A stretch of DNA of 64,000 nucleotides from an uncultured Planctomycetales bacterium (GCA_964478715.1 CAYZIY010000008.1:17704-81703); one strand, 5' to 3'. Shown: positions 1 through 9,137, counted from the stretch's first letter. Notes: generated by a model not told the origin, from the sequence alone. Numbers and translations: made by a program.

Positions 1-572
1 GATATTGCGAGGCAGAGCACATTGAGAATGTGAAGGTCCTTTCAGACTACAAAAATTCCTCATTCGGGGTCAATTACGGTGTTCTGATAAAAGAGTTGCA
101 GTTATTGGCCCGTTGTGTTCTTATTATTGATCAGAATGATGTTATGAGATATATTCAATATGTTGAGGAAAATACTCAGGAGCCCGATTATCAGGAAGCT
201 TTTGGCAAGCTTCAGGATGTCGTTAAGAATCCGGCCCAGACTCCTGAAGAAAAGGAACTCCAAGAGTGCAAGCCCTGCAAAGGACAAGACAGGGCTTTAG
301 GCGGGGATCAGATCGCTTCAAAAATGAAATCATTAACCCAATGGCAGTGTGAGGATAATCAACGGATAACAAAGGAATTTAAGCTGAAAGATTTTACTGA
401 GGCTAAACTTCTGGTCGATTTGATTGCCCTGATAGCCCAAGAACAACAGCATCACCCGGATCTCGTTTTAACATACAATAAAGTGAAGGTGATCCTGCGC
501 ACGCACGCGGTCAAAGGTTTGAGCCAAAACGATTTTATCATGGCCAGAATTATTGATGAGCTGGCTTCTTAA
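1..572 (+). CDS. Thiol peroxidase (Tpx-type peroxiredoxin) C-terminal part fused in-frame to pterin-4a-carbinolamine dehydratase (PCD/DCoH-like); 5' partial
   Basis: Frame 3 is open from base 3. The first segment 'GVLIKELQLLARCVLIIDQNDVMRYIQYVEENTQEPDYQEAFGKL' matches the Tpx C-terminus. The second segment 'QECKPC...KEFKLKDFTEAKLLVDLIALIAQEQQHHPDLVLTYNKVKVILRTHAVKGLSQNDFIMARIIDEL' matches PCD. There is no stop codon between the two modules; TAA at 570-572. Confidence 0.7.
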   Translation, partial: YCEAEHIENVKVLSDYKNSSFGVNYGVLIKELQLLARCVLIIDQNDVMRYIQYVEENTQEPDYQEAFGKLQDVVKNPAQTPEEKELQECKPCKGQDRALGGDQIASKMKSLTQWQCEDNQRITKEFKLKDFTEAKLLVDLIALIAQEQQHHPDLVLTYNKVKVILRTHAVKGLSQNDFIMARIIDELAS

Positions 573-589
573 GAAAAGAGGTTGATCTA

Positions 590-2584
590 ATGGGAGAAAG
601 CACAATATCCGAGAGCAAAGCTCTGCAAACGGATCTTTATGAATTGACAATGGCCGCGGGTTATTTTGAAAACAATGTCAATGCGCGGGCTGTCTTTGAG
701 CTTTTTTGCTATCGGTTGCCCAAGAATCGATCTTATCTCATTGCCGCCGGCCTTAAACAAATTGTCGACTATCTCGTCAATATCAGATTCACCGATGATG
801 AAATACGGTATCTGAAGAACCATCGCGCCTTTGCTTCTGTTTCAAGAAAATTCTTTGATCACCTGAAACATTTCAGATTCACGGGAAACTTATGGGCCTT
901 GAGAGAAGGCGAAGTCTTTTTCGCCCAAGAGCCGGTTTTACAGATTGAGGCACCCATCCTTGAGGCGCAAATTCTGGAAACCTATCTGCTTTCAAGTATC
1001 CATATTCAAACGCTTGTGGCCTCGAAAGCGTCCCGGATCATTCAGGCTGCCGATCCATCAAAGAACAATGTGAGTGTTGTGGATTTTGGTTCCCGCCGGG
1101 CGCACGGATCCGAGGCAGCCATTTATGCCGCCAGGGCCGCTTATCTGGCCGGATGCTCGGGGACATCCAATGTATTTGCCGGAAAACAATTCGGTATCCC
1201 CACTTATGGAACTATGGCGCATTCTTGGGTAGAGGCTTTTGACAGCGAGCAGGAATCCTTTAGAAAATATCTTGAGGCTTTTCCTGAACAGGGAATCTTG
1301 CTAATCGATACCTTTGATACTTTGGAAGCGGCCCGGCAGCTCAAATCAATCCGAAAACCGATTAAGGCTGTCAGGCTTGACAGTGGAGACTTGTTAGCAC
1401 TCAGTAAAACCGTGAGAAAGATTCTTAATCGCCAGGGGCTTTCACAAGTCAAGATTATTGCCAGCGGAAATCTGAATGAAGACAAGATCAGGGCATTGCT
1501 TCAGCAAAAAGCCCCCATCGATGTTTTCGGTGTGGGCACAGAGATGGTGATTTCGAAAGATCACCCTTCCTTGGATTTGGTCTATAAATTAGTCCAAACA
1601 CAGGATGCCAAAGGGCAGGTGATCCTCAAAACCAAAGGAAGCGAAGGGAAAACCTATTATCCTAAACGCAAGCAGGTTTTTCGTCATATTTCTAGGGGGA
1701 AATTGGCCAAAGACATTATCGGTTGCGCTGATGAAAAAGCGCCGGCAAAAACGAAACCGCTTTTGCAAGCGGTTATTAAAAATGGAAAATTGATCAAGAA
1801 AATGCCGGCGTTGCAGGATGTCAGAACTTATTGCCAAAGGTCCGTTAATCAGTTGCCGATGACATATCGTTCTATTGGGTCAAGCAAGACCTACCGGGTC
1901 CTTCCTAGCTCCCGGCTCAAGCAGGCTCAAAGAGAGTACAAGAAGCAGGTTCGGGCGTTGGCGCGAAAATGCGCGTTATTGATCGTCGATGTGCAAAATG
2001 ACTTTTGCCCCGGCGGCAAGCTGGCTGTCAGAAAGGGAGATCAAATCATTTCCCCTTTGAATGACGCGATTAAAATATTTCGCCAATATCATTATCCCAT
2101 TATTGCCTCCCGCGACTGGCATCCGAAAAAGACATCACATTTCGAGAAATTTGGAGGTAATTGGCCCCAGCATTGTATTCGTAATACCAAAGGAGCTCGA
2201 TTTCATCCCCACCTGTGTTTACCTCCAGAGACTATAATCATTTCCAAAGGGATGAATCCTGAGCAGGACAGCTACTCGGCTTTCCATGGAAAGGATGCGA
2301 ATGGACACTCATTGGGCGATCTGCTGAATCAAAAAGATATTCAAGAATTGTTTATCGCAGGCATAGCGACCGACTATTGCGTGAAGCATTCCGCGCTTGA
2401 TGCGCTCAAGAAAGGTTTCAAGGTCTATCTCCTTAGTAATGCCGTTAAGGGAGTCCGCTTAAAGGACAGCATGCAGGCGCTTAGAGAAATGCAACAAGCG
2501 GGGGCTGTGAGACTGACAGGCCGTCAATTGCGCGGTCAAATCGAATCAGGAAAGAGAAACGATGAGAAATCTCACAAGCATTAA
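590..2584 (+). CDS. pncB-pncA: Nicotinate phosphoribosyltransferase (PncB) fused to nicotinamidase (PncA, isochorismatase family)
   Basis: The N-terminal ~450 aa carries 'LQTDLYELTMAAGYF...GTSNVFAGKQFGIPTYGTMAHSWV', typical of NAPRTase. The C-terminal ~200 aa carries 'ALLIVDVQNDFCPGG...DWHP...GIATDYCVKHSALDA', typical of the isochorismatase/nicotinamidase fold. A good RBS 'aaagagg' lies upstream. Confidence 0.85.
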   Translation: MGESTISESKALQTDLYELTMAAGYFENNVNARAVFELFCYRLPKNRSYLIAAGLKQIVDYLVNIRFTDDEIRYLKNHRAFASVSRKFFDHLKHFRFTGNLWALREGEVFFAQEPVLQIEAPILEAQILETYLLSSIHIQTLVASKASRIIQAADPSKNNVSVVDFGSRRAHGSEAAIYAARAAYLAGCSGTSNVFAGKQFGIPTYGTMAHSWVEAFDSEQESFRKYLEAFPEQGILLIDTFDTLEAARQLKSIRKPIKAVRLDSGDLLALSKTVRKILNRQGLSQVKIIASGNLNEDKIRALLQQKAPIDVFGVGTEMVISKDHPSLDLVYKLVQTQDAKGQVILKTKGSEGKTYYPKRKQVFRHISRGKLAKDIIGCADEKAPAKTKPLLQAVIKNGKLIKKMPALQDVRTYCQRSVNQLPMTYRSIGSSKTYRVLPSSRLKQAQREYKKQVRALARKCALLIVDVQNDFCPGGKLAVRKGDQIISPLNDAIKIFRQYHYPIIASRDWHPKKTSHFEKFGGNWPQHCIRNTKGARFHPHLCLPPETIIISKGMNPEQDSYSAFHGKDANGHSLGDLLNQKDIQELFIAGIATDYCVKHSALDALKKGFKVYLLSNAVKGVRLKDSMQALREMQQAGAVRLTGRQLRGQIESGKRNDEKSHKH

Positions 2585-3539
2585 GAGAGTTTTAAGAAAA
2601 TCAAAGACAGTCATGCTGACTTGTCATATTAATCCCGATGGCGATGCCATTGGTTCCATGCTGGCTTTGGCTTTGGGATTGCAACAGTTGAAAAAGGAAG
2701 TGACAACGGTCTGTCGAGACGGGATTCCGAAGATGTATCGTTCATTGCCTGGGGCTGAGAAAATTTTAAAGAAATCTAAAAAAAGAAAATACGATCTGGT
2801 GATTGCCGTTGATTGCGGTTCAGCGGAAATATTGGCTGCGGACATGGAGATTGTCAAGCAGGGGAAAGAGATCCTTGAGATCGATCATCACCAGTTTCGA
2901 ACTAGCTTCGGCACAATTTCCCTCATCGACTCTAAGGCCGCGGCAAACGGCGAGATTGTCTACGCGCTTTTAAAATCATTGCGGGTCAAAATCAGCCGCC
3001 ATATCGCCCAAAATATCTTAACCTCAATTATTGTGGAGACAAACTCATTTCGCCTGCCGCAAGTGAGCACCAGGACTTTTGACATTTGTTCCCGTCTTAT
3101 GCGAACGGGCATCAATTTTGCAAGGTTGACGGATGTGGTTTATTGGGCTCAGCGCCGGGAGGCGGTTGTTTTGACCGGGATCTGCCTTTCGCGCTGTCGG
3201 TTTCTTCAAGGCGGAAAAATTGTTTGGACTCTGGTTGAAAAAGCTGATTTTAACAAAATCCACGCCTCTGATGAAGATGTGGATGCCGTGCCGGATATGA
3301 TGCGTTCGATCCAGGGTGTTAAAATTTCGGTTTTTTTTCGGGAAAGCGATCCGCAGACTTTACGCGTTAGCTTACGCTCTAAAGGACCGGTCAATATCGC
3401 TGGGATCGCGAGAGAATATCAGGGGGGAGGCCATTATGATGTGGCCGGTTGTTTTATCGCCAATAATAAAAAGACCCGCGGGGATTTTCTGAAAAAAATT
3501 GAACAGATACTGAAAGAGGAGTCGCCATGTTACCGATAG
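2562..3539 (+). CDS. nrnA: DHH/DHHA1 phosphoesterase, NrnA-like oligoribonuclease / pAp phosphatase
   Basis: Motifs 'HINPDGDAIGS', 'DHHQF' and 'GGGHYDVAG' are present. The start overlaps the end of pncBA. Confidence 0.8.
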   Translation: MRNLTSIKRVLRKSKTVMLTCHINPDGDAIGSMLALALGLQQLKKEVTTVCRDGIPKMYRSLPGAEKILKKSKKRKYDLVIAVDCGSAEILAADMEIVKQGKEILEIDHHQFRTSFGTISLIDSKAAANGEIVYALLKSLRVKISRHIAQNILTSIIVETNSFRLPQVSTRTFDICSRLMRTGINFARLTDVVYWAQRREAVVLTGICLSRCRFLQGGKIVWTLVEKADFNKIHASDEDVDAVPDMMRSIQGVKISVFFRESDPQTLRVSLRSKGPVNIAGIAREYQGGGHYDVAGCFIANNKKTRGDFLKKIEQILKEESPCYR

Positions 3540-4066
3540 GATTATTGATGAAAGAGCACAGATTGATTGAACGGATGATCACTTTGATCAGTAAACAACT
3601 GGATGAGGTCAAGCAGGGAAAAAATCCGGATACCCTCTTTATTGACCAGGCTGTTGATTTTATCCGCACCTATGCCGATCACTGTCATCATGGAAAGGAA
3701 GAAGATATCCTTTTCCGGGATCTCGCGCAGAAAGATCTTTCTCCCGGCCATAAAACGGTGATGCAGGAATTGATCCAGGAACATGTTTGGGGCCGGGAAA
3801 CCGTCGGTCAGCTGGTTGAGGCTAAAAAAAGATTTGAAAAAGGAGACGGGGATGCCCGGGTGACGATCCGTGAGTGCTTAGAGAAGCTCGTTGAGTTCTA
3901 CCCTAAGCATATCGACAAAGAGGATCACCATTTCTTTAAACCGGCGATGGACTATTTCAGCGACCAAGAAAAGAATAATATGATCAAAGAGTGCTTTGAA
4001 TTTGATCAGGGTTTGATTCATGATAAATATCAATCACTTGTTCATAATCTGGAAGATCAGTCTTAA
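3527..4066 (+). CDS. Hemerythrin-like (HHE cation-binding) domain protein
   Basis: His/Glu-rich motifs 'YADHCHHGKEEDILF' and 'HIDKEDHHFF' are typical of the hemerythrin-like fold. Confidence 0.6.
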   Translation: MLPIGLLMKEHRLIERMITLISKQLDEVKQGKNPDTLFIDQAVDFIRTYADHCHHGKEEDILFRDLAQKDLSPGHKTVMQELIQEHVWGRETVGQLVEAKKRFEKGDGDARVTIRECLEKLVEFYPKHIDKEDHHFFKPAMDYFSDQEKNNMIKECFEFDQGLIHDKYQSLVHNLEDQS

Positions 4067-4089
4067 ACCACGCAAACACAGGAGATCCT

Positions 4090-4578
4090 ATGAATCCTTA
4101 TGACTATGCCATGCAATTGGAGAAAGAGGGCCAAGAGCTTTATCTGGATTTTGCCCAAAAGGCTCCCGAAAAAGGAATGGCGGCTATTTTTCGCGAGCTG
4201 GCCGGCCGGGAACAGAAACATTATGAAACCTTCCAGGCCATGAAAGAGAATCAGTCTGTGGATATGCCGGAGGCGGATTTCATGCAGCAGGTCAAAGATA
4301 TTTTTGCCGGCTGGAGGAATTTGAAGGATCAAGAGCCTTACGATCAGTCGCAGGCCGATCTTTATAAAAAGGCTCTGGAGGTGGAGAAGCGCAGTATTGA
4401 TTTTTATGCGCAAGAGGAGAAAAAGATCAATGATCAAAAGCAGAAAAAAATATTTTTACAAATCACCGAAGAGGAAAGAAAGCATTATGAGATCATCGAG
4501 AATGTGATCGAGTTTATGCTCAAACCTCACCGCTGGGTGGAGCATCCGATGTTCTCTAAGGTAGGAGAGGAATATTGA
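4090..4578 (+). CDS. Rubrerythrin/ferritin-like diiron protein (no rubredoxin domain)
   Basis: Two E-x-x-H diiron motifs are present: 'GREQKHYETF' and 'EEERKHYEII'. RBS 'caggag' lies upstream. Confidence 0.65.
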   Translation: MNPYDYAMQLEKEGQELYLDFAQKAPEKGMAAIFRELAGREQKHYETFQAMKENQSVDMPEADFMQQVKDIFAGWRNLKDQEPYDQSQADLYKKALEVEKRSIDFYAQEEKKINDQKQKKIFLQITEEERKHYEIIENVIEFMLKPHRWVEHPMFSKVGEEY

Positions 4579-4582
4579 TTAA

Positions 4583-5767
4583 ATGAAAGAGCGCAAGGTC
4601 AAAGATCCGGTTTGCGGGATGAATGTTGACAGAAAGAGCTCTCTAACTCTTTTCTTTAAGGGAAAAAGCTATTACTTTTGCAGTTCGCATTGCGCTGAGA
4701 AGTTCAAGGAGAAACGGGGTATTCCCGACTCCCAAAGGGCAGAAAAAAAGGGGCCCCGCGTTCTTTCTTTTTTAAAAAATAAAGTCATTATTGTTTCCAT
4801 GGTCTTGTTGGCGCTTTGCCTAAGTGCCGAGATAATTGGGTCCCTAAAACCTTTTCGTCACTCATTGCTGGATTATGGACAAAGAATCTGGTGGGCTATT
4901 GCTCTGGGTTTAGTTTTTGGCGGAATGATCGATTATTGTATTCCCCGGCAATATGTTTCATCGATTTTGGCACGAGGAGGCAGACGCAAGAACATTTTTA
5001 ACGCGGTTGTTCTTGGATTTTTGATGAGTGCATGCAGTCACGGGATTTTAGCTTTGGCGATTCAGCTGCATAAAAAAGGAGCTTCCACCCCGTCGGTGGT
5101 GGCTTTTTTAATGGCCAGCCCATGGGCGAATTTACCGTTGACGATAATGTTGATCGGATTTTTCGGCTTGATCAAAGCGCTGTATATTATCCTGGTGGCC
5201 ATCATTGTGGCTATTACAACTGGTTTCATTTTTGAGTTTTTGCAAGAAAGAGGGATGATTGAAAGAAATACCAACAGTTTTGAACTTGAGAGAGATTTTT
5301 CTATTGCGGGTGATATCAGGAAACGATGGAGAGAATACCGCTTCAATCTTGCGCAAGCGAAAAGAGATGTCCGGGGCATCGTTTCCGGCGCTGTCTCTTT
5401 GGCCAATATGGTCTTATGGTGGATTCTGCTGGGCATGGGGTTGGCCAGTCTGGCGGGGGCCTATATTCCGCAGGATTTCTTTTATCAATATATGGGACCG
5501 ACGGTGGCGGGTTTATTGATTACTTTACTTTTGGCCACTGTGCTTGAAGTTTGCTCAGAAGGGACCGCTCCTTTGGCGTTTGAAATATTTAAGCAAACAG
5601 GGGCTCTGGGAAACAGCTTTGTTTTTTTAATGGCTGGAGTGGCTACTGATTACACGGAAATCGGGCTCTTGTGGCACAATGTGGGCCGTCGCACCGCGCT
5701 CTGGTTGCCGGTCGTGTCGGTTCCCCAAATCGTCCTCTATGGCGTTTTGGCCAATTTAATATTTTAA
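4583..5767 (+). CDS. YHS/TRASH metal-binding domain fused to a DUF318/ArsP-like multi-pass permease
   Basis: The N-terminus 'DPVCGMNVDRKSSLTLFFKGKSYYFCSSHCAEKF' is a YHS/TRASH domain. It is followed by about 8 TM helices with 'CSEGTAPLAFEIF', the permease signature. Confidence 0.65.
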   Translation: MKERKVKDPVCGMNVDRKSSLTLFFKGKSYYFCSSHCAEKFKEKRGIPDSQRAEKKGPRVLSFLKNKVIIVSMVLLALCLSAEIIGSLKPFRHSLLDYGQRIWWAIALGLVFGGMIDYCIPRQYVSSILARGGRRKNIFNAVVLGFLMSACSHGILALAIQLHKKGASTPSVVAFLMASPWANLPLTIMLIGFFGLIKALYIILVAIIVAITTGFIFEFLQERGMIERNTNSFELERDFSIAGDIRKRWREYRFNLAQAKRDVRGIVSGAVSLANMVLWWILLGMGLASLAGAYIPQDFFYQYMGPTVAGLLITLLLATVLEVCSEGTAPLAFEIFKQTGALGNSFVFLMAGVATDYTEIGLLWHNVGRRTALWLPVVSVPQIVLYGVLANLIF

Positions 5768-5771
5768 AAGG

Positions 5772-6290
5772 ATGCAGACGATGAAGATAATCAAGAAATT
5801 GATTCGGTTATCGACGGCTTTATGGATGCTTTTGATTGGGGCCAATTCAGTTTCCGCTCACTGTGAGATTCCCTGCGGGATTTACGGAGATCACCAGAGA
5901 ATCACCATGATCGAAGAGCATATTACCACGGTTGAGAAATCAATGCGGATGATCAGAGAGTTATCCGCAGAAAAAGAAATCAATTACAACCAGCTGATCC
6001 GCTGGGTAGACAATAAAGAACTTCATGCCAATAAAATTCAGGATATTGTTTTTCAGTACTTTATGACTCAGAGAATTGCCCCGCCCCAAAAGGATGATCC
6101 GGCCCTGAAGGCTCAGTATGACCGGGAGCTTAAAACTCTGCATCGCTTGGCGATCGCAGCCATGAAGGCCAAGCAAACCACTGATGACAAGTATATTCAA
6201 CAGATGAGGACTCTCACCCGTCGTTTTGCCGCCAGCTATTTTGAAAAAGAAAAAAAGACAGAAGAAAAAATGGACCATAAACATGAATAA
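5772..6290 (+). CDS. sodN: Nickel-containing superoxide dismutase (NiSOD) with a Sec-type signal peptide
   Basis: The nickel-hook motif 'HCEIPCGIYGDH' lies directly after the predicted cleavage site '...GANSVSA|H'. The rest resembles the NiSOD four-helix core. There is a His-rich C-terminal tail 'EKMDHKHE'. Confidence 0.8.
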   Translation: MQTMKIIKKLIRLSTALWMLLIGANSVSAHCEIPCGIYGDHQRITMIEEHITTVEKSMRMIRELSAEKEINYNQLIRWVDNKELHANKIQDIVFQYFMTQRIAPPQKDDPALKAQYDRELKTLHRLAIAAMKAKQTTDDKYIQQMRTLTRRFAASYFEKEKKTEEKMDHKHE

Positions 6291-7689
6291 AAGAAATAAT
6301 AATCGTGTTAAATTTATTCCGGATTTTGATTCATCCTCTTCGATGCTTTTTTCTCTGGGGAACGCGATTGCCGGCAGCGAGCAGGGCACCGGTATTCCCG
6401 ATAAGCTCCCTAAAATGATCGGGGATTTAGTCAATATTACGCCCGAAGTCTTAAGGGAATCGATCTATAAATTAAGCGGTATTCAAGAGAGCCTCTCGAT
6501 AAGCAGGTTAAAAAAGTTCAATGATCAGGCCTGGGTTCAGTGGATCACGGACACTTATCCCGAGAAAAAATTTCCAGCGGTTGTCATCGGGTCATCCAAC
6601 GGCGCTCTGATTCATCTTTGCGCATTATTGGGCATTCCCTGGATTCCTCAAACAATTCTTTTGGCCGTGGCCCGGCGCATGTATCCGGATGAATTGGTTA
6701 AAGACGCGCAGTGGGGCAAGAAGGCGGCTGGGATTATTCGAAAGAACATTCCTTATACGGCGGTCTACCAGATGCATGATCCGATTCAAGACCGTATCAT
6801 GGTGGCTAATATGGGTTATTTCCGGGTTAAAAGATTGCGCTTAGGCAAAATCCTTGAAGAATATCTGAGGAAAATCCTGATACCCGGCGGATTGATTATT
6901 GTCTCGGATTGCCGGTTTCAATGGCCTTCGGCTGAAATGGGCCAAGATCATTATTTTCAGACCGGCGGGCTGGGCGATGTTTCGGGTGAAGAATATGTTC
7001 AAGGCAGCCGGCGTATTGAGGAATTTCTTCAACAGGAAAAATCAAAATACTCTTTCTGGGAAACCCCCCAGCCGCTTAAGAAAAGACCCGAAGCGGAATG
7101 GGGATATGATTCCAGGCTCTCGGCCGATATTCGCCGGTTTGCAAAAAGATATAAATACCGGATAAAAAGACTGCGGTTCGATCACCCCAATGATCTAAGC
7201 GCTCCGGCGGCCGATTTAAGCCGCTTTTGGTATGATAAAAACGGAATCAAGGATAAACGCTTGCTGGTAGAATGTTTTGCCTTGATCGAGCCCTGGTGGG
7301 CGGCCCGTACCGGTTCGATTCCTTTCTGGCTTCCGTTTAATACCGGCAGGTCTCTGGAATTATTGAACAAATATTTAAAGAAATCGAGTTGGTTTGATGA
7401 GATTTATTTGATGATTATGTCCAACGCGATTAAGGGCATTGGCTGTGTCTCCGTCAAAAAGTGGAAAGCCGTTTTGAACAAAGCAAGAAAGAAGGGTTCA
7501 TTCATCGGGGTGGACGAAAAAAAGTTTCCCTTTGATCTGGGGTCTTTTATCAAATATCACAGAGATCTTCAGAAAAAGATAACCGCTCGTCATTTCATTC
7601 CCCGCCAGATGCCGCTTGAAGAATTCTTTTCTTTTTTCAGTCAGCGCACGCAGAAAAGATACGGTATCAAAATTCAAAACCTGAAATAA
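6283..7689 (+). CDS. Hypothetical protein (468 aa), no recognisable domain
   Basis: Long ORF with even codon usage. I placed the start at ATG 6283 (MNKRNNN), which overlaps the sodN stop by 8 nt. Track ORF 6226..7689 is in the same frame; I rejected its upstream ATG at 6226 because it would overlap sodN by 65 nt. Confidence 0.5.
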   Translation: MNKRNNNRVKFIPDFDSSSSMLFSLGNAIAGSEQGTGIPDKLPKMIGDLVNITPEVLRESIYKLSGIQESLSISRLKKFNDQAWVQWITDTYPEKKFPAVVIGSSNGALIHLCALLGIPWIPQTILLAVARRMYPDELVKDAQWGKKAAGIIRKNIPYTAVYQMHDPIQDRIMVANMGYFRVKRLRLGKILEEYLRKILIPGGLIIVSDCRFQWPSAEMGQDHYFQTGGLGDVSGEEYVQGSRRIEEFLQQEKSKYSFWETPQPLKKRPEAEWGYDSRLSADIRRFAKRYKYRIKRLRFDHPNDLSAPAADLSRFWYDKNGIKDKRLLVECFALIEPWWAARTGSIPFWLPFNTGRSLELLNKYLKKSSWFDEIYLMIMSNAIKGIGCVSVKKWKAVLNKARKKGSFIGVDEKKFPFDLGSFIKYHRDLQKKITARHFIPRQMPLEEFFSFFSQRTQKRYGIKIQNLK

Positions 7690-7705
7690 GCGGAGATTTG
7701 TTCTT

Positions 7706-8185
7706 ATGGGCAGGCCCCCAAAGACATTGCCAATTAAGAAAAATTCCACTCTCACCCTTGTCTTGTCGATTATCCCCGGATTAGCGCATTTGTATTTAGG
7801 GAAAAGGGGCAAGGCCCTTGGTCTGCTGGTGATTGATGCGGGTATATTTCTTACGTTGATTTTCTCCGAAACACTTTTAATGAAGGTACTGATGGCAGGC
7901 ATTTATTTGGTTACGTTTCTGCCGGCCTGTCTGGAGACTTATCGAATGGCCCAAAACAGGGAGAGCTGGATTAAGACCGACTCGAAGTGGTATACCTCTG
8001 TCTTATTGCTGACAACCGGTTTCAACGCTCTGCCTTTACTATGGCAGAGCAAAGCATTCAGCAAAAGATACAAAATCCTCTGGACGTTGGCTGTCGTGGT
8101 TTTGGCAGCGGGCTTTTTTACTGTTCTGACTGTTTTTTGGAATTCGATTGAAGATTTTCTTTCCATTTTTTTCAAAGGCAAATAA
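7706..8185 (+). CDS. Hypothetical integral membrane protein (4 predicted TM helices)
   Basis: Hydrophobic segments include 'LTLVLSIIPGLAHLYLG' and 'GLLVIDAGIFLTLIF'. Confidence 0.5.
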   Translation: MGRPPKTLPIKKNSTLTLVLSIIPGLAHLYLGKRGKALGLLVIDAGIFLTLIFSETLLMKVLMAGIYLVTFLPACLETYRMAQNRESWIKTDSKWYTSVLLLTTGFNALPLLWQSKAFSKRYKILWTLAVVVLAAGFFTVLTVFWNSIEDFLSIFFKGK

Positions 8186-8314
8186 AGTCGATATTTGAAT
8201 GTAGAAAAAAGTCAATTTTTCCTAGAAACAGACTCTCCCATCAGAAAAACTTCAGCCCTATAATAAATTTTAGATGAAGCAAAGAGTTCAACAGGATAAA
8301 GGAAGGAGGGCAAA

Positions 8315-8983
8315 ATGAAAAGAATGCTTTCAATTTTCGGTTGTCTTTTGGTCTTGGCCATCGTTCAACCGGCCATGGCGAAAAATCCTTATTTAAAACC
8401 CGATAACAGCTGGATCACTTTAAACGGAACCGTGGTGACCGCTGGGACGGACAGTTTTGAGCTGGATTACGGCGAAGGGATTGTGACGGTAGAAATGGAC
8501 GATTGGGATTGGTATGGAGATGCTCATGGCATTCTTTCCGGAGACCAGGTAACAGTTTATGGCATGGTCGATGATGATCTCTATGAAACCACATCGATTG
8601 AGGCTTCCAGCGTTTATGTCAAAGACCTCAATACCTTTTTCTATGCCAGCGCGGCAGATGAAGAAGATGTGGTCTTGCCGGTTTTTTCCACCGTTTATGT
8701 GGATGCCGATCTGCAGTTGAGCGGGAAAGTGACTCAAACAAGCGGACGGGAATTTACCATTGATACAGGAAAAAGAAAGATCACGGTCAATACCTCACAG
8801 ATGCTTTATAATCCGATGGATAACCGTGGATATCAAAAAATCCGAAAAGGCGACCGTGTTCAAGTTACCGGTGACTTGGACATTGATCTCTTTGAAGAGA
8901 AGGAAATCATGGCTGAGACGATCATCACCCTAGAAAAAGACAAGAAAAGAAGCGAAACAATGGAGAAATCCATGGAGTCGTGA
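8315..8983 (+). CDS. Secreted hypothetical protein with internal beta-rich repeats
   Basis: Signal peptide 'MKRMLSIFGCLLVLAIVQPAMA'. Strong RBS 'aggaaggaggg'. Contains about three repeated units of the form 'G-x-V-T-x-x-x-x-x-F-x-[IL]-D-x-G-x-x-x-[IV]-T-V'. Confidence 0.6.
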   Translation: MKRMLSIFGCLLVLAIVQPAMAKNPYLKPDNSWITLNGTVVTAGTDSFELDYGEGIVTVEMDDWDWYGDAHGILSGDQVTVYGMVDDDLYETTSIEASSVYVKDLNTFFYASAADEEDVVLPVFSTVYVDADLQLSGKVTQTSGREFTIDTGKRKITVNTSQMLYNPMDNRGYQKIRKGDRVQVTGDLDIDLFEEKEIMAETIITLEKDKKRSETMEKSMES

Positions 8984-9004
8984 TTTCTTTTGATTCAAAA
9001 GAGA

Positions 9005-9051
9005 AAACGGCCCCCGGCGCCAACATCTGTTGGCACGGGGGCCGTTTTTTA
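9005..9051 (+). terminator. Rho-independent terminator
   Basis: Stem 'cggcccccg' ... 'cgggggccg' followed by 'tttttt'. Confidence 0.85.
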
Positions 9052-9137
9052 TCCCTCTTTGTTTTGGCGATTTTCTTTGATATAATAAAAAACCTCAAAA
9101 GACGATTAATCTTTCAAACTTTTTTGGATAAATCGTA

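Noticed and set aside
6226-6290. An upstream start (MPPAILKKKKRQKKKW) for the 468-aa hypothetical protein
   Set aside because: It would overlap sodN by 65 nt with a poly-Lys shadow of the sodN C-terminal coding sequence. ATG 6283 in the same frame gives a conventional 8-nt overlap.
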